Source of the DNA: Callorhinchus milii
Taxonomy: Eukaryota
Assembly: GCF_018977255.1 (NCBI RefSeq)
Contig: NW_024704743.1
Coordinates: forward strand, 23,810,001 to 23,874,000
DNA: 64,000 bases
Reading direction: 5' to 3'
Part shown: positions 13,241-26,640 of the stretch, piece after piece
Numbering within the stretch: position 1 is the first letter of the stretch
How the letters are laid out: each line of letters starts with the position of its first letter
Notes under the pieces: model-generated
What the model saw: the letters and a program-made list of their open reading frames with translations, nothing else
Told to the model about the DNA's origin: nothing
Database searches by the model: none
Position numbers and translations under genes: made by a program

Positions 13241-14179
13241 AGAGTTTCAACATTGTTTTTGTTCAATATGGTATGGTGCAATGGATTTAAGGGTTGAATG
13301 TTCCCTGTTGAGTCTTCCTTCCATCTGGAGGATCATACAAGGATCTGTGGTCTCCTCATTCCTGCTGTTAAATAGCGATTTCAGTCTTGTGAGAGGAGGA
13401 TTAGCCCACAGCAAACTGTTTTGAATTTTCAGTAGTGGCTTTTGCTGTGACAGACTCAGGAGCTCTGAGGGTGACATTGCTACAAAATGCCACCAATCAG
13501 TGCACCCCAGTGCCATGGGACACAAGCTACTAAACCTCAATATCACTCTGGTTAACGGTCAACAGGTCCGATGTCTGGCTTGTTCATGGCCATTGAGAAC
13601 AGCGGCTGCCTCTGACATGTTCGGTTATGTACAATATGCTGAATATTGAATGTACTGCTATAATCATCCCAGTAGAACTCTGGCTCTACCTGGGGTCTGG
13701 AGTGGAACCAGCACAAGTTAGGGAAAATGAATGGATTTGAATGTACTGCAGTTTCTGCCACGGTGAGATCACCCATGTTTGATGATTGGCTCTCAAGGTT
13801 CTCATGTGAAATTAATTGAGGAAGACTTAACATGGAATTCGAAAATGAAAGCTGCCTGTAGGTTGGTACTTCTGTAATTGGGTATTCACTCAGAGAGCCC
13901 ATAAAGATGGATTATTATTAATGCTTAATATTTTTCTTTGAATACTTTTCATATGTTTTGAAACTTATTTTAGAAGGCTTGATGAACCACCAATTCTTTC
14001 AGCTCCACTTCAAACGTACAAAGATACATTATGCTTGGTTGAGACCCCTTGAGGAAAACTGATGTTGAATCGGTTGATGTTGAATATTGAGATTTATTTC
14101 AGTGACATTGCCTTGTAGTCAGATTTCTTAATATAGGTGAACATGAAAAGCTCGGCACTTTACAAATTTGTATAAATTT

Positions 14180-14493
14180 GTGGAGTCCTGTAGCTCAGTG
14201 GTTAGAGCTTTCGCCTCGCAAGCGAGAGACCTTGGTTCAATTCCCAGCAGGTCGAAACCTTGAGCAAGTTTCCTTACTCCACACGCCTGATAATAATCCC
14301 TCAAGAAAAAAAACACAATAATAATTTGGTCACTCAATCCAGAACTGTTTGTGGGACACTGCTGTGCGCAATTGGCTGCAGTGTTTCACCCACAAAATAT
14401 ACAGTCAATTCACTTTACAGTATATTCTGTGAAGTGCTTTCAGACGTCTAGAAGACGTGAAAAGTGCTGAATCAAATGCAAGGATTATTATTA
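14180..14493 (+). mobile_element. SINE family A, internally deleted form
   Basis: Complete head, body, GACGTCTAGAAGACGT hairpin and tail. Confidence 0.92.
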
Positions 14494-17029
14494 TGAATAC
14501 GCAAGAAGTGAGTGAGAAGCTAAATGTCATGGTATGACTCAATAACATTCATGGGCATCTATAAAGGGGACTGGCCCAATTGAGAGCAGTCGAAGCACAA
14601 GGACTTGAGCTTGATCTTATTGTTAATCAGTCAGTAATCCCTCAATTTGGCAGGCAAAATACACTATACCATATAGACGTTCATTATTGTGTTGTTTGCT
14701 TTGGCCTCTCTGAGTGGTAGCCAAAATTGTGTTTGTATGAGAAAACAATCTGGATCTCATTAAGTAAATAGTAACTGTGTGAATATATTTAGCATTGGTT
14801 ATTGGTGAAGGAAATGCACATGGTGCAAAATTATGAGAATAAAAATGTTTATAGACATATTTGAATTTCTTTCTGTTCAGATACATTTGGATTCCATTGT
14901 TTCTAATCGGGTTAGTCTGTGGAATTACAAAGTGGTTTAACATTCTGAGTGAGGGAAATGTTTTTGTCGATCTTTAAAGCCTATTCGTCTTTTCAAATAT
15001 TGTCTAGAAAATTGATCCAATATAAATTTCAAATAATTCAATACTGTGAAGTGAACATCAATAAATAAGCAAGACCATGAGACCTTTCTGAATTAACTTT
15101 GGAAAAACAATAACAACTTTCATTTATAGAGCCCTCTTCATGTAGATTAGCATCTCTGAGTACTTGTAGCATCTTAGAGAGCTTTTGTTATTGAAGTGTT
15201 TGATGGCAATAAAATCCTACTCAGAAATAAATGTATTTGATGTGCATTTTCTACAAGTTTTTGATATTCTATACAATCACTAATAAGCCTCAGCTTTTTC
15301 TTTATTACATTTTTTTTGCACCTTTTCCACATTCTGTCTTTCCTGATACCACTCTTCAGAGAATCACAGGTCTCTGTTGCTGTTGTGGAATGCATTGTCA
15401 GAGATAGGCATAGGTGGGAGGAGCGATTCTACCTCCAATATTAACTCCCTCTCTCCCTGTGGAAGCACTGGAAAATCCTCCCAACCACAAGAACTCTGCC
15501 CAAGTTGTAGGTGTGTCAGAACCAAGTTCCCTTTTGTCGTACTTCTGGATTCCAGAAGAAATCTGCATTTGTGCACCCCAAATTCCTTATTAAGAAATCT
15601 CACTAAGGAATCTTACATTTTAGATTCCATATGGTTAGAATTCACAGGCACAAACTTATACTGTACCACTGAAAGCACAGAGCATGTACATATTGTGAGA
15701 GCATTCAGTTTAAAATGGATATCTTTGCTGCCCATAAAACAACATCTATTGGAATCCAACAGGGAAGAATTATTCTTGCATCAAATTCTATTTCAAATGC
15801 ATTGGTTTGTGGAGATGAGGAACATTGATTAAGTGGAGTGCTATCAGCTTTCCGGGAGTATACATTGTCAAATAACTTGGAATAGTGTATTCTAGAATTA
15901 CAATGTTCATATAATTCAGTGAACATTAGTAGACTTTGGCACTTTTTCAAGCTGTTTCCATCGCAATTTTCTGGTGAAGTTGGTACAGGACAATACAATA
16001 ATTTAGAGTTTAAAGAGCTGTTCATCCTCATGGCTGAAACAGGAGCACATTCTGTATCCAGTTTGCTGGTTCAGTTAGAAGGTCACCCGAGTCTGACGTC
16101 ACTGGCTGGTCTTCACATTTAGCACAAATGGGTCAATGCATGGGGTAAACAGGATTCAAAGTGCACCAAGAGTCTAACTGGTTATCACTTTGCAGGTTTT
16201 GATTCAAAACTGATTGTTGACTGAGCCTTTAGTCACATCCCTGAGGCAAATCATTGTAGGCAGTCGAGTTCTTCATGACTGTTTAGTCACTATGTTGTTT
16301 ACTGAAATTCTTATTGTCAACCTGTTGCTTGCATGACTAGAGATACACTGCCTGAGCTCTTCAATCTAATACCAGATTAAAAATAAGATGCAATAACATA
16401 AGACTCTGGAACACATCCTGATTATGATCAACTCTCAATACGGTGTCATATTTTATTCAGTAACACAAAGTCGGATTTTATTTAGTAAGTCACAGTCGCT
16501 TGTCGGATGGCATAATGAAGGCTGATCTTGTAGGATTTAGGAAGCACTATGTGATTAATGAGTATCCATGTTGCAATGTTGTAGTTATTAGCATGTGCCA
16601 TTCTGGTCCTACTGGCAATTCGTCACTTTCTGTGTAAACAGACACAGGTTTGGAATATAAATTTTCGCATGAACCATCAAAAATCAATAACAATCTTTGT
16701 GATTTAGCAGCCTGTGCCAGTCAGCTAAAGATGGCAAATGACCTTTGTGGTTCTAACTGCGGAGATTGTAACTTTTCATCACACTCCACTATTTCTGACG
16801 TATTGATTTTAAGAATTCAATATTTGACATAACTTTCATTTCCATTCAGTCCCAAGATTACAGTATTACTAATGTGCTTACAGTTTCTATTCAGGTCACA
16901 AGATTTCATTGATATCCTTGAAGGTGCATAAATGCTACTTGGTTGAACTGTTTACAGATAGGCATATGTTACGAGACATCTTACTGAGTTATTTTTCTCC
17001 GCCTAGTTTTCTTCTCCAGTTTTCTTTCC

Positions 17030-17366
17030 GCCCCTCTCTGAAGGTATTTAACTCCTTTTTATTGCTATTGAGATACAGTTCTAAATAACTCCAGTACCTC
17101 ACCACTATGGCCAGGTTATTTGACCTTTTTCAGGTATCACAGCTGAACGCATCACTGTCCTTGCTCAATGTCCTTACACATACACACACATAGTCTTCCA
17201 ACGGGGATCTTTGGAAATAAATCATGAGCAGGACAGGGATGCTCCCACCAATTGTAGTGACCTGACTGCTGTCACCTCAGCAGAGACTGAGTTCATATCT
17301 GCAAACTTCTGGTCTGTAAGACCCAGTGCTCATGGAGGCTGTCATTACCAATTGGCCATCAGGGAG
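17030..17366 (-). mobile_element. Ancient SINE-like repeat (third family; related pieces about 9430-9720 + and 52385-52510 -)
   Basis: Shared degenerate head gatggcycartNggta...ctgNgNcNtacagaccaNNaaggtcccagNttc; similarity is weak and judged by eye. Confidence 0.4.
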
Positions 17367-20300
17367 TTGAAACAACTGCTGAACAGCAAGCCAGGTCTTA
17401 ACGCAAGTTTTTATTTCCAAATTGTATTCTGAACGGTCTCTGCCTGCGGTATATGTTTTGTTGGCTTTACTTAATTTTTGCTTTGCTCTTGTGTTGTGAG
17501 ACCTTCACTGGGAATCATTAGAATAATTTAGGTATTTTCACAGTGCTGCTTTTAGCAGTGACATCTGAGTGATTTGTTCACCTATACGTACTATGGCTTT
17601 TGTTACAATATTGTGAATTGACTGTGAAAATAATAATAATGGACACGTAGTAAAATCTCTCGAGTCCACTGTGAAGCACACACCCCAATGAGAAGCTTAG
17701 ATTATACATGGCTGAGTAGATGAAACCGTGGCTGAGTGATTGAATTATTAATTTTAAAGTATGTGTTTTGTCCACATGGATCCATCTTTATTAAGATATG
17801 AAAGGACACTCCAGGACACTGCCAGCCTGGCTATCTGTAGGAATTGTGGGGGGAGTTGGGGAGCGGACAAGTCACTGTAGGTGGGAATTCTTCCTACTCA
17901 GATCCCATTAACACTGCAAGCTTTGTCCTAACAGGTAGGATGGCTCTAAATGTACAAGCAGCGAGACAGCTTGATGGACAGTGCTTTCAATAGCAAGCTA
18001 TGGGGTTTTAGCTAGTTAGACTCCAGCAGTTATCCCAATCCACAAACTCTGGGTCCCCAAATCTTGGCTTTTGCCAGCCTGCGCCTAATAATCTCCAAAG
18101 TTAGGCAAGTAGCATGCGGCCTCCAGGGAGAGAATGCGCATTCCATTCCACCGAAATTTCCATAATTTCCAGTATTTTGTTGTGTTAATTCCATGGTAAC
18201 CATTTAGGCTGTTACTGCGAACAAAGGCCCCAAAATTCCACCGACAACAACTTCAATATCGTTGCCAGAGCAAAGTCTTCTTGCCTCAAGTGTGAGAAAA
18301 GAACTGAATTTATCTTTAAAACATACAAGAAAAGGGATACACGGAAATTGTACTGTATCATGCATGCTCCCAGCAGCAAAACAAAATGTTAGCAGTGCCT
18401 CACATTCGTACCATTGCACCCAGTTAAAAAACGCAATGATTTCTGAGATTATAGAAAATTTCTGATTGTTCATCAAAACATCTGAAGATGAGTCATGATC
18501 GAAGAACTCTCCAGCCCAGACGTAGAGAGTTTACATTCAACACAGATTGAATCTACATTGTTAAATCTTTAACTGCTGTCATCCTAGGAGAGCTGTGAAT
18601 GGAAGAGACCTAATTGAATAGGGATTTTCATTTTCTGGCAGGCTGTGGTGGAGTGATTGAATACAAGGTTTGTGTGTATGTTTGTTCTGTGTGTGGTGTG
18701 TGTGTGTGTGGGAGAGGAGGGGGTGGGTGGTGGGGAGTAGATAGGTTGATCAATAACTCTTTGCTTCTTAAAAATCCACGCACCTTGCAATTCAAAGGCC
18801 CCATTCAATCCTTATCTTTGTGGGTTGGTGTTGCATATTTTTTGCAGCCAACATCATAAAGGATGTTAAACACGTCCATGCTGATATTTGTAGGTATAAC
18901 AGTAAAATACAAATTTAGGGAATCAAAAGTAAAAATGTGAAAATGCTGCAAATTCAGGTTAATCCGCACCTGAAAGAGGAAAACAGGTTAGTATTTCGGA
19001 CTCTCCGACCTGCTTACGCCTAAACCCACTACTTGTTGCCTCCGCTTGCCTACTGCTCATGTCCCTCGTGCCCTCCATTCCACCATCAGTGGCCAGGCTT
19101 TCGGTCACTAGGCCCCGAAACTCTGGAACACGCAGAGGCAAGCCCAACATTGGAAGCAACTAGGAGTAAAAAAATGGCTCTTTATTTCGGTGCTGAACTT
19201 GGACGAACCCAACTAAGATGACCCATTGCCAGGGCACAGAGCAGATTCGCTTCTGTAACGGAAAGACTGCCAAAGCAATCAAACACAATAAATACATCCC
19301 ACTCATGTGCCAATGTCTGTAAGGTGATGATCCAGATGCATTATAATAATCCCCGAATTTAAAGTGCCTTATCACTTTGCACATGCATGTGCTGCACCAT
19401 TATTTGTATTTATGTAATTTCCTCGATTAGATGTAGCAGGACCAAAGAAAAGGCGGGGGTTGCAGTCATCTGATATTCACAGCATCCCGTGGAGATCACA
19501 GAACTGAATTTCTATTGGTGTCGTGCATGAATGATGTACCTGTTGTCATTTGTTATTAACTCAATGACATCAGATGTTCTTGCGCACACATGACTTGTTT
19601 TACAACAAATGCCTTTGGGAAGCGACAGAGGTGATTTGAAATCAGCAAATATGCCCCCAATGTCTGGAATTCCTTGCCTCAATCCCTCTGTCTTGCACCC
19701 TCTTTGCCTGTTTTCAAATTGCACCTGAAGACTTTCCACTACTTTGGTCACATCTCCTCACTTTAAGCGCTCTGAGACACTACCTGTGTGAAACAGTACT
19801 ATATTAATGCAAGTTGTTGTAGTAAAAGTGGCAAAGGCAATGTAAAAGCAGTGGAGTTTTAAAATGTCTTAAGTTCAGACAAAACTTTGAGCCATCAGCC
19901 TCACAATATAAAAGTGGCACAATTAGAAGCTACAAAGTTAGAGCCACTGACTCCTTGCTCATAGAGACACTGTTAACAGGTAAGGGTATTCATAATACAA
20001 AGCAAATAAGACCTCAAAAGTCCAATGTCCAGGTAGGTATATGTGAGGTAAAAGCATGCAGTAGGGGGCGGAGGAGAGACAGCAGAAAGAAGGTGTAATG
20101 CCAAGTGCTCCTCTGTGAAAAACAAAACCATGGAAAATGGGATAACAGAATAGAGAAACCAGCTGAGGTGCAAAGACATTTAAGTCAATGTTCATGCCAG
20201 TGGCTAAAATGTGCCCCTGAGCACTGCATCGTCAGAGATGCTGTCCTTCAGATGAAATGTGAAACAAAAGTCTTGTCTTTCTGTTTGGGTGGACATCAAA

Positions 20301-21244
20301 GATCCCATGAATAACGAAGGGAGTTTTTAATGTTGTCCCAGCCAACCCTTCAGAAAAGTTGATCATTTACTTCAACGCTGTTTCGGGGACATTGCTGTAC
20401 GGAAATTGATTCCATTTTCGCTTACAAGCACAACTATATATGCCTGTAATTACTGTGATAACACTTTGAATCATTTCAACGTTATAGGTGCTATAAAATC
20501 AACATTTAACTTATTCCCTTGTATCATGAACTTTATTTTCCGTCAGAAACATTTATTTGCGTAATGATAGCTATTATTAAATTTCGGTCTTGCATCTTGT
20601 TTTCTCGTGCTGTTCCTCATCCCCTCCTCAGTCATCCAAAAAAGCCCTCTCCACCCGAACCGTACCAATTTTTGTTCAGGAGTCACACATGAAATAAAAA
20701 ATATAATCCTTGTATTTGATATAGTGCCTTATCACATCATCGAAACTATGCCTCAAAGAACTTCACAGAATTTACTGTAAATCGTAGCGGCTGTGTATTT
20801 GTAGGCGAACAATAACCTCTCTTTCAGGAACCGTGTATTTCCAAAAGTCATTGAGTTTATTTTGTTCTGAAAACTATATTGGGGGCTAACTGTCGTGGTC
20901 ACTTTTTAATTGTCTGTCAGTGCTGTGTAAGTGGGGAGGATGGGGAGAGAGTTATTTATAATGTTCATATATTTTACAAAGGGTGTTCAGAACCTTTACA
21001 GTTTCCAAAAGGTTTGAGATAAGAGCAAATAATATGTTTGCTCTTGTGCTGCAAGATGACAGTTACAAGTGGTTCCTTGCGGTTTATTGAATAATTTCAA
21101 AATGTTTCGAACTTTCTAGAGACTAATTCTGTGATACTCAAAAGACTGGAGATTGTTTTAAAATGAAAACAATTTTTTCAGCTTAAAAAAAACTTTTGTC
21201 TGTTCCCTTTCAAACCCTGTGTTTATGTTTTTTTATTCCTGCAG

Positions 21245-21279
21245 TTCAACAGAGGATTCCTTTCGCTGGCACACACAAG
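21245..21279 (+). CDS. CTNND2: delta-catenin internal coding exon, 35 nt (about human exon 4); (S)STEDSFRWHTQ
   Basis: Acceptor ttttttattcctgcag, donor AAG|gtaaag. Phase 2 in, phase 1 out. Translation resembles human SSAEEQFQWQSQ and splices in frame to the next exon (G|AT = Asp). Confidence 0.85.
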
Positions 21280-21778
21280 GTAAAGGATCGTTTCAACTTT
21301 CTCACCGCCCTTGCTTTGAAGGGGTTAAACACTGCACACTTTCCATGCTGTTTCCTTGTTCCCTATCCTTTAATGAAGACTAGCTCTATGCAAAAAAAAA
21401 CAATGAAGCTTTCCATTCATTGATGTTAAAGTGCAGATTGGTTGAAGTGTCTGGTAATCAGCTGCCCAAGGTTAGTTTAGTTTTAAGGAAATTGTTTTTT
21501 TTGTAATCCTGCCTCATGCAGAGGACCTCTCCCCTTGGCAGCTTTTATTATCAATGCTGAAAAACTAGCAGTAATTGGTGCCGGCACAAAAGCTGATGGA
21601 GAACCAGAGTGCAATTTATTTCTGATTGTGAACCGAGTGATGAATACCGCTTTAATTTCTAGGAGATGAAAGAGTTTCTTGACTTTCTTATCGTCACAAA
21701 GCTTCAGACCTTGTTTGTGATCAAGTTGTGGAATTTTAATTGCTCAGCTTCTTCCCTTTCTGTACGTACATGTTTCAG

Positions 21779-21895
21779 ATGGACAGAAAGCGGCTGATGA
21801 TGAGATCACTAGTGGCTTAGAGCTGGTGGATTCATGCCTTAGATCTCTGCAAGAGTCGGGGATATTGGACCGACAGGACTATTCTTCGACTGAAA
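21779..21895 (+). CDS. CTNND2: delta-catenin coding exon, 117 nt; [39 protein letters not shown]
   Basis: Acceptor tgtttcag, donor A|gtgagc, phase 1/1. Manual translation closely matches human [36 protein letters not shown]. Confidence 0.95.
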
Positions 21896-21997
21896 GTGAG
21901 CCCCTTTAATTTAGCATTTGTTGTGCAATGTTTGTCATTTGAATGAGTTATTATTGCCTTTGCTCGGATTGGCTAAGTCTCCAGACGGGAAGGACAT

Positions 21998-22218
21998 AAG
22001 CCTGAAATTGCACCTAGCCTTCGGCTTAGCTTTCGTCTTCAAATTTAAAATCATAGCAGAATGATGGAAAAGTCCTAAATCCAGGCTTAATTTAGAAGCC
22101 GTTTTTCTGCAGCTTTTAAAAAGACACCAGCTTCCAAATTAAGGCGGAATTTTAAGAATTTTCCACAATTCTGTACAATTGTTAAGTTTCAAGGCTAAGA
22201 CGAGGCGGGATTTTGAGT
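21998..22218. mobile_element. MITE-like element, same family as 43322 and 48255
   Basis: Starts gcctgaaatt; shares atttagaagcc and aattttccacaattctgt with the other copies. Confidence 0.6.
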
Positions 22219-22321
22219 TGTGTTCATGTGCCTTACATTATCGGGTTATGTGAAATCCTTATTAAATAATTAATGCCTTTCTGCTTCATTGAAGACTTCT
22301 CTTGTCTGCTTGAAATTACAG

Positions 22322-22506
22322 GGCCTGGTATTCTCTCCCAGAGCACAACTCAGATAAACTCCAACCCAGAGGGGGCTTACCAGTACTCGGCCATCTACCA
22401 CAGCAACCAGACCCTCACCCGGGGTGACTCAGCAACATCGCAGCTCGCCGCAAGGACCTCCAGTGGTCAAGTCGGAGCAGGAATCGGCATCTCAAACTAC
22501 AGCCAG
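22322..22506 (+). CDS. CTNND2: delta-catenin coding exon, 185 nt; [32 protein letters not shown]...SNYSQ
   Basis: Inside ORF 22273-22695. Acceptor ttacag, donor CAG|gtacac, phase 1/0. Similar to human [32 protein letters not shown]. Confidence 0.92.
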
Positions 22507-23419
22507 GTACACAGCACAAAACAGCGCAACCAAAAAAATCCTCTTCACGCAGAAGAGAAGGGGAGCACGCCGCCAAGGCAGTGCTCTCAACTCCCAACAC
22601 ACAGGGTCTGTGTAGCCCAGGTGCATTTATTAAATTATTGCAATGTTCTTCCATTAGCAGCTGCAACTGAGGACTTCAGCCTGCCTTGGGAATAGTTGCT
22701 AATTGAAATGCACCGTGCACTGATCTGATTGAGTGTGTTTTCTGTTTTTCACTTGCCCTGGGGGTTGGATGGGAGGCAGGCAAATGAGGGTCGAGTGTGG
22801 GGATGCAGGGATTGCACACATATGACCCAGATAGCAGTCGGTTATCTTTGTGGTCACTTCAACAAAATAACTTTGCAAATGCAGCGTATGACAGTCGAGG
22901 TAGTTCCTTTATGAATAGAGAAACTGAAGCAAGTGCTTGTCCTTTGCTAATGGGCAGAGCTTGGGGTCGGGAGGGGTGGGGGCTTATTGCTTATTCTGTT
23001 GTGACATTCATGTTCGCTATGGTAGGCCAGAGTTAGCTTTTTCTTCATTGCAATGGCAGGCATGGGAGCTCGTGTAGGGAAGTGAAGCTCACTCATACAT
23101 TCATGTGGGAGTGTGGCGAGATTGTGTGTGGTGGGGGATGGAGGGGGTTCAAGAGAATCAGATGTTGGTTGTGTTTTTGTGTGAAATCTTACAGCTCAGA
23201 CGGTATTGGAGTCATAACAGTTGTTGCTTTGTCTGTGGGGTGGATTTAGTTCTCCCAGCAAGAGCCCAGTTCCAGACAGACATTCCTGACACCAGCACGG
23301 ACGGGTGTGACTCTTACCGGCAGCAGAAAGAGATTGTGGAGAAATAGGGCTAATAATTTCAGCTTTTCCTCTGAAAAAAATAATATTCTTTCTTTTCGCG
23401 GTTCTCTCTTGTTGCACAG

Positions 23420-23981
23420 ATTAACAAGGTCGGGGACACCGGTCGCACATCTGGGTCTGAGTCTTCCCCATCCCATTCTGCATCTCAGTCCAGGGAAGCT
23501 TTTGTGCCGAGCCATGGTAGCGCATTCCGGTTACCAGACTCCCAGCATCCATCTTCAGTCTACTATGTCAGTGCCACCCTGCCAGCACAGAGAGTGAGCT
23601 CCCCTATGTCTCTGCAGAGGGTGGGATCGCCCCCCAAGCTCCAGCGGGTGGGATCCACCGCAGACGGCTATGGCACCCAGCGGGTCTCCTCCCCCAAGCA
23701 GACGTGCTCACCCAGCAGGCTGTCCAAGTCCTACAGCACCAGCTCCCCCGTCAACATTGTGGTGTCCTCCGCAGCTCTCTCTCCCTCGCCCATCCGCGTG
23801 ATTTCTCCGCCAAATGCCCAGACCAGCATCACCTCGCCTGTGCATCAAGTGAGCGCCACCCAGTCCAACTATGCCACGCTTTCTCCTACAAAACGGCTGG
23901 CCCACACGTCTGATCAGTACAACAAGCACACCCAGGAGCTGTACGATCGCTCTACTCTCCAGAGACCCGGCAGTTTGGCAG
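23420..23981 (+). CDS. CTNND2: delta-catenin coding exon, 562 nt, Ser/Pro-rich; INKVGDTG...[21 protein letters not shown]...[10 protein letters not shown]...LQRPGSLA
   Basis: Overlaps ORF 23504-24082 in frame. Acceptor ctctcttgttgcacag, donor G|gtaaac, phase 0/1. Motifs [18 protein letters not shown] and TLQRPGSLA match CTNND2. Confidence 0.93.
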
Positions 23982-25929
23982 GTAAACCAGTTCAGCGGTC
24001 GGACAGATCCATTGTCAGTGCTTATATTTCCTGCGGCTTTTTATTTTCACAAAGGAAAAGACGAGAGCAGCTTGTAAATTGAGTCCTTCTTGTGGAGCTG
24101 AAGTGAACTGATAATTGGTTTAACCCTTTCAAGTATGTAGCATTGCAGTAATTGGTTTAACCCTTGCTGGCATTAGTTTGGGCAGCCTGACACGTGCAGA
24201 AGTCCAATCACCAAGCTTAAGAGACTATATAAACCAGACTGAGAGTTCCACATAGGTATGTGTATTGTATTCTTTGTTAGTAGAGACTTGGGGACTCTTG
24301 AGTAAGCGTTGGGGGTACTGCTGCAGGTTAACCAACTAAAACTACACAAGCTTACTGCTGCTTGTCCAACTAGGACCAGGAAATTAGTTGGTTTCCAGGG
24401 TTAACAGCAGCTGAGTGCAAAGAATCCCTGCCCTCAATCTGCCCCTCCAAGCCCTGCCAGTGAGCCAGACTAGCACCAACATTGTATTGAAGTATTGTCT
24501 CAGGAACCAGATGACTGAGACTGCCTCATTGCCAAGCATGTTGCTTTGGAGCCAGTTCAAACCCAAGCAGACTTCACATACTGCTTCCCCACCTCCTGCC
24601 CCAGGAGGATAGTCACTACTTGAGGGTTTAAGCCCTCTCTAGGTGAATGATAGGTACCTGCGACTACTTATAAGCTTTACTGATGGGCAACACAGCTCAG
24701 CATGAAATGTGCAAGAGCATTGCCACAATCTTCCTTTCCACAGCTCAGACACACATCCCTTCCCAATTGAACGTTGGTTTGACCAGTTGGAGGTGAGGAG
24801 TTTGAGCAGCAGGTGTTTACCTCTCTGAAAACAACAAACACTTGCATTTATATAACGCCCTTCACACAGGATAGTGTCCCAGAGTGCTTAATCGAAGTGG
24901 ATAGTTGAGGGACTTTGTCAAAGAGATGTACCTGCTGTGAAATTGACTGTCCCAATTCCTACCGCACCAGCTCCCCCATCAACATTGTGTGTGTGTGAGG
25001 GAGGGAGAGCGAGAGAGAGAGAATTGTGCTCCGCCATTGTCCTGGGACACTACCCTGTGTGAGGAGCGCTATATAAGTGCAAGTTGTTTTTGTAATTGGC
25101 TTAACGCATTTAAGTATCTGATGGTCCCGTGGTTAGTTTAACCCTTCAAGGTATGTGGTGGACCTGTAGCTAATTTGACCCTTTAAAGTTGGTGGTTGAC
25201 TTTCTTTACTGTGTCAGATAACAGAGGTTAACATTTGGTATCCGGTACATTGAATATATCTGGTATGTACCACACCTCATGCATTCTTTACTTTTAGGAA
25301 ATTGATGGGTGGAGACATTATGTGTACCTTAAATTTTCTTTCTCAGACTTCAAAAGATGGAGGTGATTTTTTTTGTCAGCCATCCTCATTTCACCTCTTC
25401 TATCGGTGATAAGCTGCATGTTTATCCACATATACATTAGCAGCAAAAGGACAAGATTGTGTTTGAATGATTAGCTTTGGAATTAACTGCTGAAAAAAGA
25501 TTGGATTAACGTCTGGTTGGATAGACTGTTGGTGCCATTTCCCTATCCCAGTTCAGGGCTCTTCAGAGTCATGACATGTAATGGGTAACGTAATGACTGC
25601 CCTTTGCAGCTGGAACTGAAGTAATACAAGTAATGCTCTTGAAAATGCACAAAATCACACTGTTACCTTGTAGAGACATTTAACTTGGGAGCATAGGTGA
25701 AAACCTATTGCTACTCTGTCACTGCTTTATGATATGAACTACAAAAGTTGGAGATGCCCACTGGGCAAGTTTCACCAATTCTCAGCTGTACTGCAAGAGC
25801 GAGCACTGTGTGATGGAAAAGACAAGTCTAGTTCTATTCGTAAGGGATCGCTTTTGTTCAAACACAGAGCAGTATACTTGGTGCTTATAAAGAAATCTGT
25901 TGGGGTAAAATATAATGTCAATTAAATGA

Positions 25930-26640
25930 TTGGTTAAAATAGGGAACTATAACTGGGAGCTTTTCATGCTGGAAAGAGGTTGTGAGTAGTTTATTACAGG
26001 AATTTTCCTGTGATTCTTGCTATTTTCAATATATAGCAGTATCAGAAGATGGTATTATAAACAAAATAAGTTTGCAGGCGATCGAACAACTGGATTCAGA
26101 AGCATTTGGTTCCTTTTAATAATGGGGTCAGTAAGTGGCATCCGCAGTTAATGTGTTGAAGTGTAGTTTTATTAATCTGGGTGTATGAAAACAAAGACTA
26201 AATATAACAGTCATACAGTGTACTAATTAAGAAAGGTTAGGGATTATTGTAGATAAATTGGTGAAACACTAATGTCAGTGTCAGCCTGCTGCCAATTGGC
26301 AAGTAAGATATTGCATTACATCAGCAAACATTGGTTTTGAAATCAAGAATGATTGTATCTTTTCTTCATAAGGCATCGTTCAGACCTCATCTGAAACATC
26401 TGGGTGCAAAAGGTATCATCCTAGATAATTCCAGGTTTTAGGCACATAATTTATGAGGGGAGGTTAAGGAAAGGAAAGTGGCTTTGTACTCTTTGGGAGA
26501 GAGATGTTTCTGAGATTAAGTAATTTATCTTTTCAAGCTAACAAAGGGATTGACAAAGTTGGTGATGCCATGTTATTGTTCATGGTGAAAGGTTTAATTT
26601 CAGGGATACAGGTTAAAAATAAAAGGGTTAAATGATTAAA
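25930..26640 (+). mobile_element. Highly decayed CR1 fragment
   Basis: Remnants resembling CR1 RT segments (gtttgcaggcgat, aagtggca...gttaatgt, ttagggattattgtaga, cagacctcatctg); no open frame. Confidence 0.55.

Noticed and set aside
15377..15832. 151-aa ORF as a nested gene
   Set aside because: No recognisable domain; overlaps what looks like decayed minus-strand CR1 sequence.
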